From assembly GCA_963697335.1 (NCBI GenBank), contig CAVONQ010000002.1, forward strand, positions 249,704 through 313,703: a DNA stretch of 64,000 nt, given 5' to 3'. Shown here piece by piece: positions 63,555 to 64,000 of this stretch. This DNA comes from an uncultured cyanobacterium. Its GTDB lineage: Bacteria > Cyanobacteriota > Cyanobacteriia > PCC-6307 > Cyanobiaceae. Both the position numbers and the translations under genes were made by a program. A model generated the notes under the pieces. That model was given only the letters and a program-made list of their open reading frames with translations. It searched no databases and was not told the DNA's origin. The stretch's first letter is position 1, and every line of letters starts with the position of its first letter.

Positions 63555-64000
63555 ATGCCTAAGCGTCAGCGGTCGATAGGGTCGCTTCGGCGGGAGCTCG
63601 TCATGAAGTCTCGGGAGGCGGCGCTAACGGCAATTCGTGTCTTTAATGACCCACAGGTTAACTTCAAGTCGGAGACGTTTATCGTCTTGATGATGATCGC
63701 TTGGACGTATCTTCTGCACGCATACTATCGGGCACAGAAGGTCGAGTATAGGTACTATAAGCAGGGCCCAAAGCGGCGGATTTTCGATCGCACAAAGCAT
63801 GGCGCCTACAAATACTGGGAGCTGGAGGGCTGCTTGAACGAGAGCAGCTGTCCGCTCGACCGCGACACAGCGAACAACCTTCGGTTTCTTCTTGGCCTTC
63901 GTCATGAAATAGAGCACCAAATGACGAAGTCCCTGGACGCTTACCTAAGTGGCAGATACCAGGCATGCGCCCTTAATTTTAATGAGTATCTCAAGAGCCT
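63555..64000 (+). CDS. DUF3644-like HEPN protein (cassette 4), runs off the window
   Basis: Not in the ORF track. Manual translation: KSREAALTAIRVFNDP..FKSETFIVLMMIAWTYLLHAYY...YWEL...LRHEIEH. Confidence 0.8.
   Translation, partial: MPKRQRSIGSLRRELVMKSREAALTAIRVFNDPQVNFKSETFIVLMMIAWTYLLHAYYRAQKVEYRYYKQGPKRRIFDRTKHGAYKYWELEGCLNESSCPLDRDTANNLRFLLGLRHEIEHQMTKSLDAYLSGRYQACALNFNEYLKS

Larger units (their letters stand above)
60769..64000 (+). mobile_element. Integron gene-cassette array without an intact integrase in this window (CALIN-like)
   Basis: attC sites at 61726-61810 and 63450-63536, degenerate site at 62704-62737; cassette-end complementarity; visibly lower GC; co-oriented ORFs. Confidence 0.8.

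Noticed and set aside
63624..63966. Minus-strand ORFs at the window end
   Set aside because: Antisense to the plus-strand DUF3644-like gene

Overview
High-GC picocyanobacterial chromosome segment (Cyanobium/Synechococcus-like: chlH, cpcG/L, hli, cbiX, DUF2811/3038/4335/3318). From left to right: (1) an accessory left end with a Ser/Thr kinase-like gene, a Ca/Na antiporter, DedA and four eroded pseudogenes (P-type ATPase, KdpD-USP, DUF1778-GNAT toxin-antitoxin, acyl-CoA ligase); (2) a translationally coupled doxX-ECF sigma-anti-sigma-arsS unit followed closely by arsM; (3) glnN, desaturase, rbp, glgP, ferredoxin, bioA, cpcL-type linker, ion/stress genes, cbiX and a GMC oxidoreductase; (4) next to tRNA-fMet, a cluster of DUR3-like SSS transporter, non-canonical carbamoyltransferase, AsnB-like amidotransferase, DUF1028 and N-carbamoyl-amino-acid hydrolase; (5) a core block from ansA/rsfS/carB to chlH/dapB/apt; (6) from about 60.5 kb, a lower-GC integron-type cassette array with attC sites and only a 3' stub of the integrase, carrying a glycine-zipper gene pair, two HEPN-motif genes and a PRTase-like gene. 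The most notable items are the decapitated integron and its cassettes, the carbamoyl/amide cluster, and a conserved triple TTTTCCCCA box element upstream of both DUF2811 paralogs. All family assignments come from motif recognition, not database searches.
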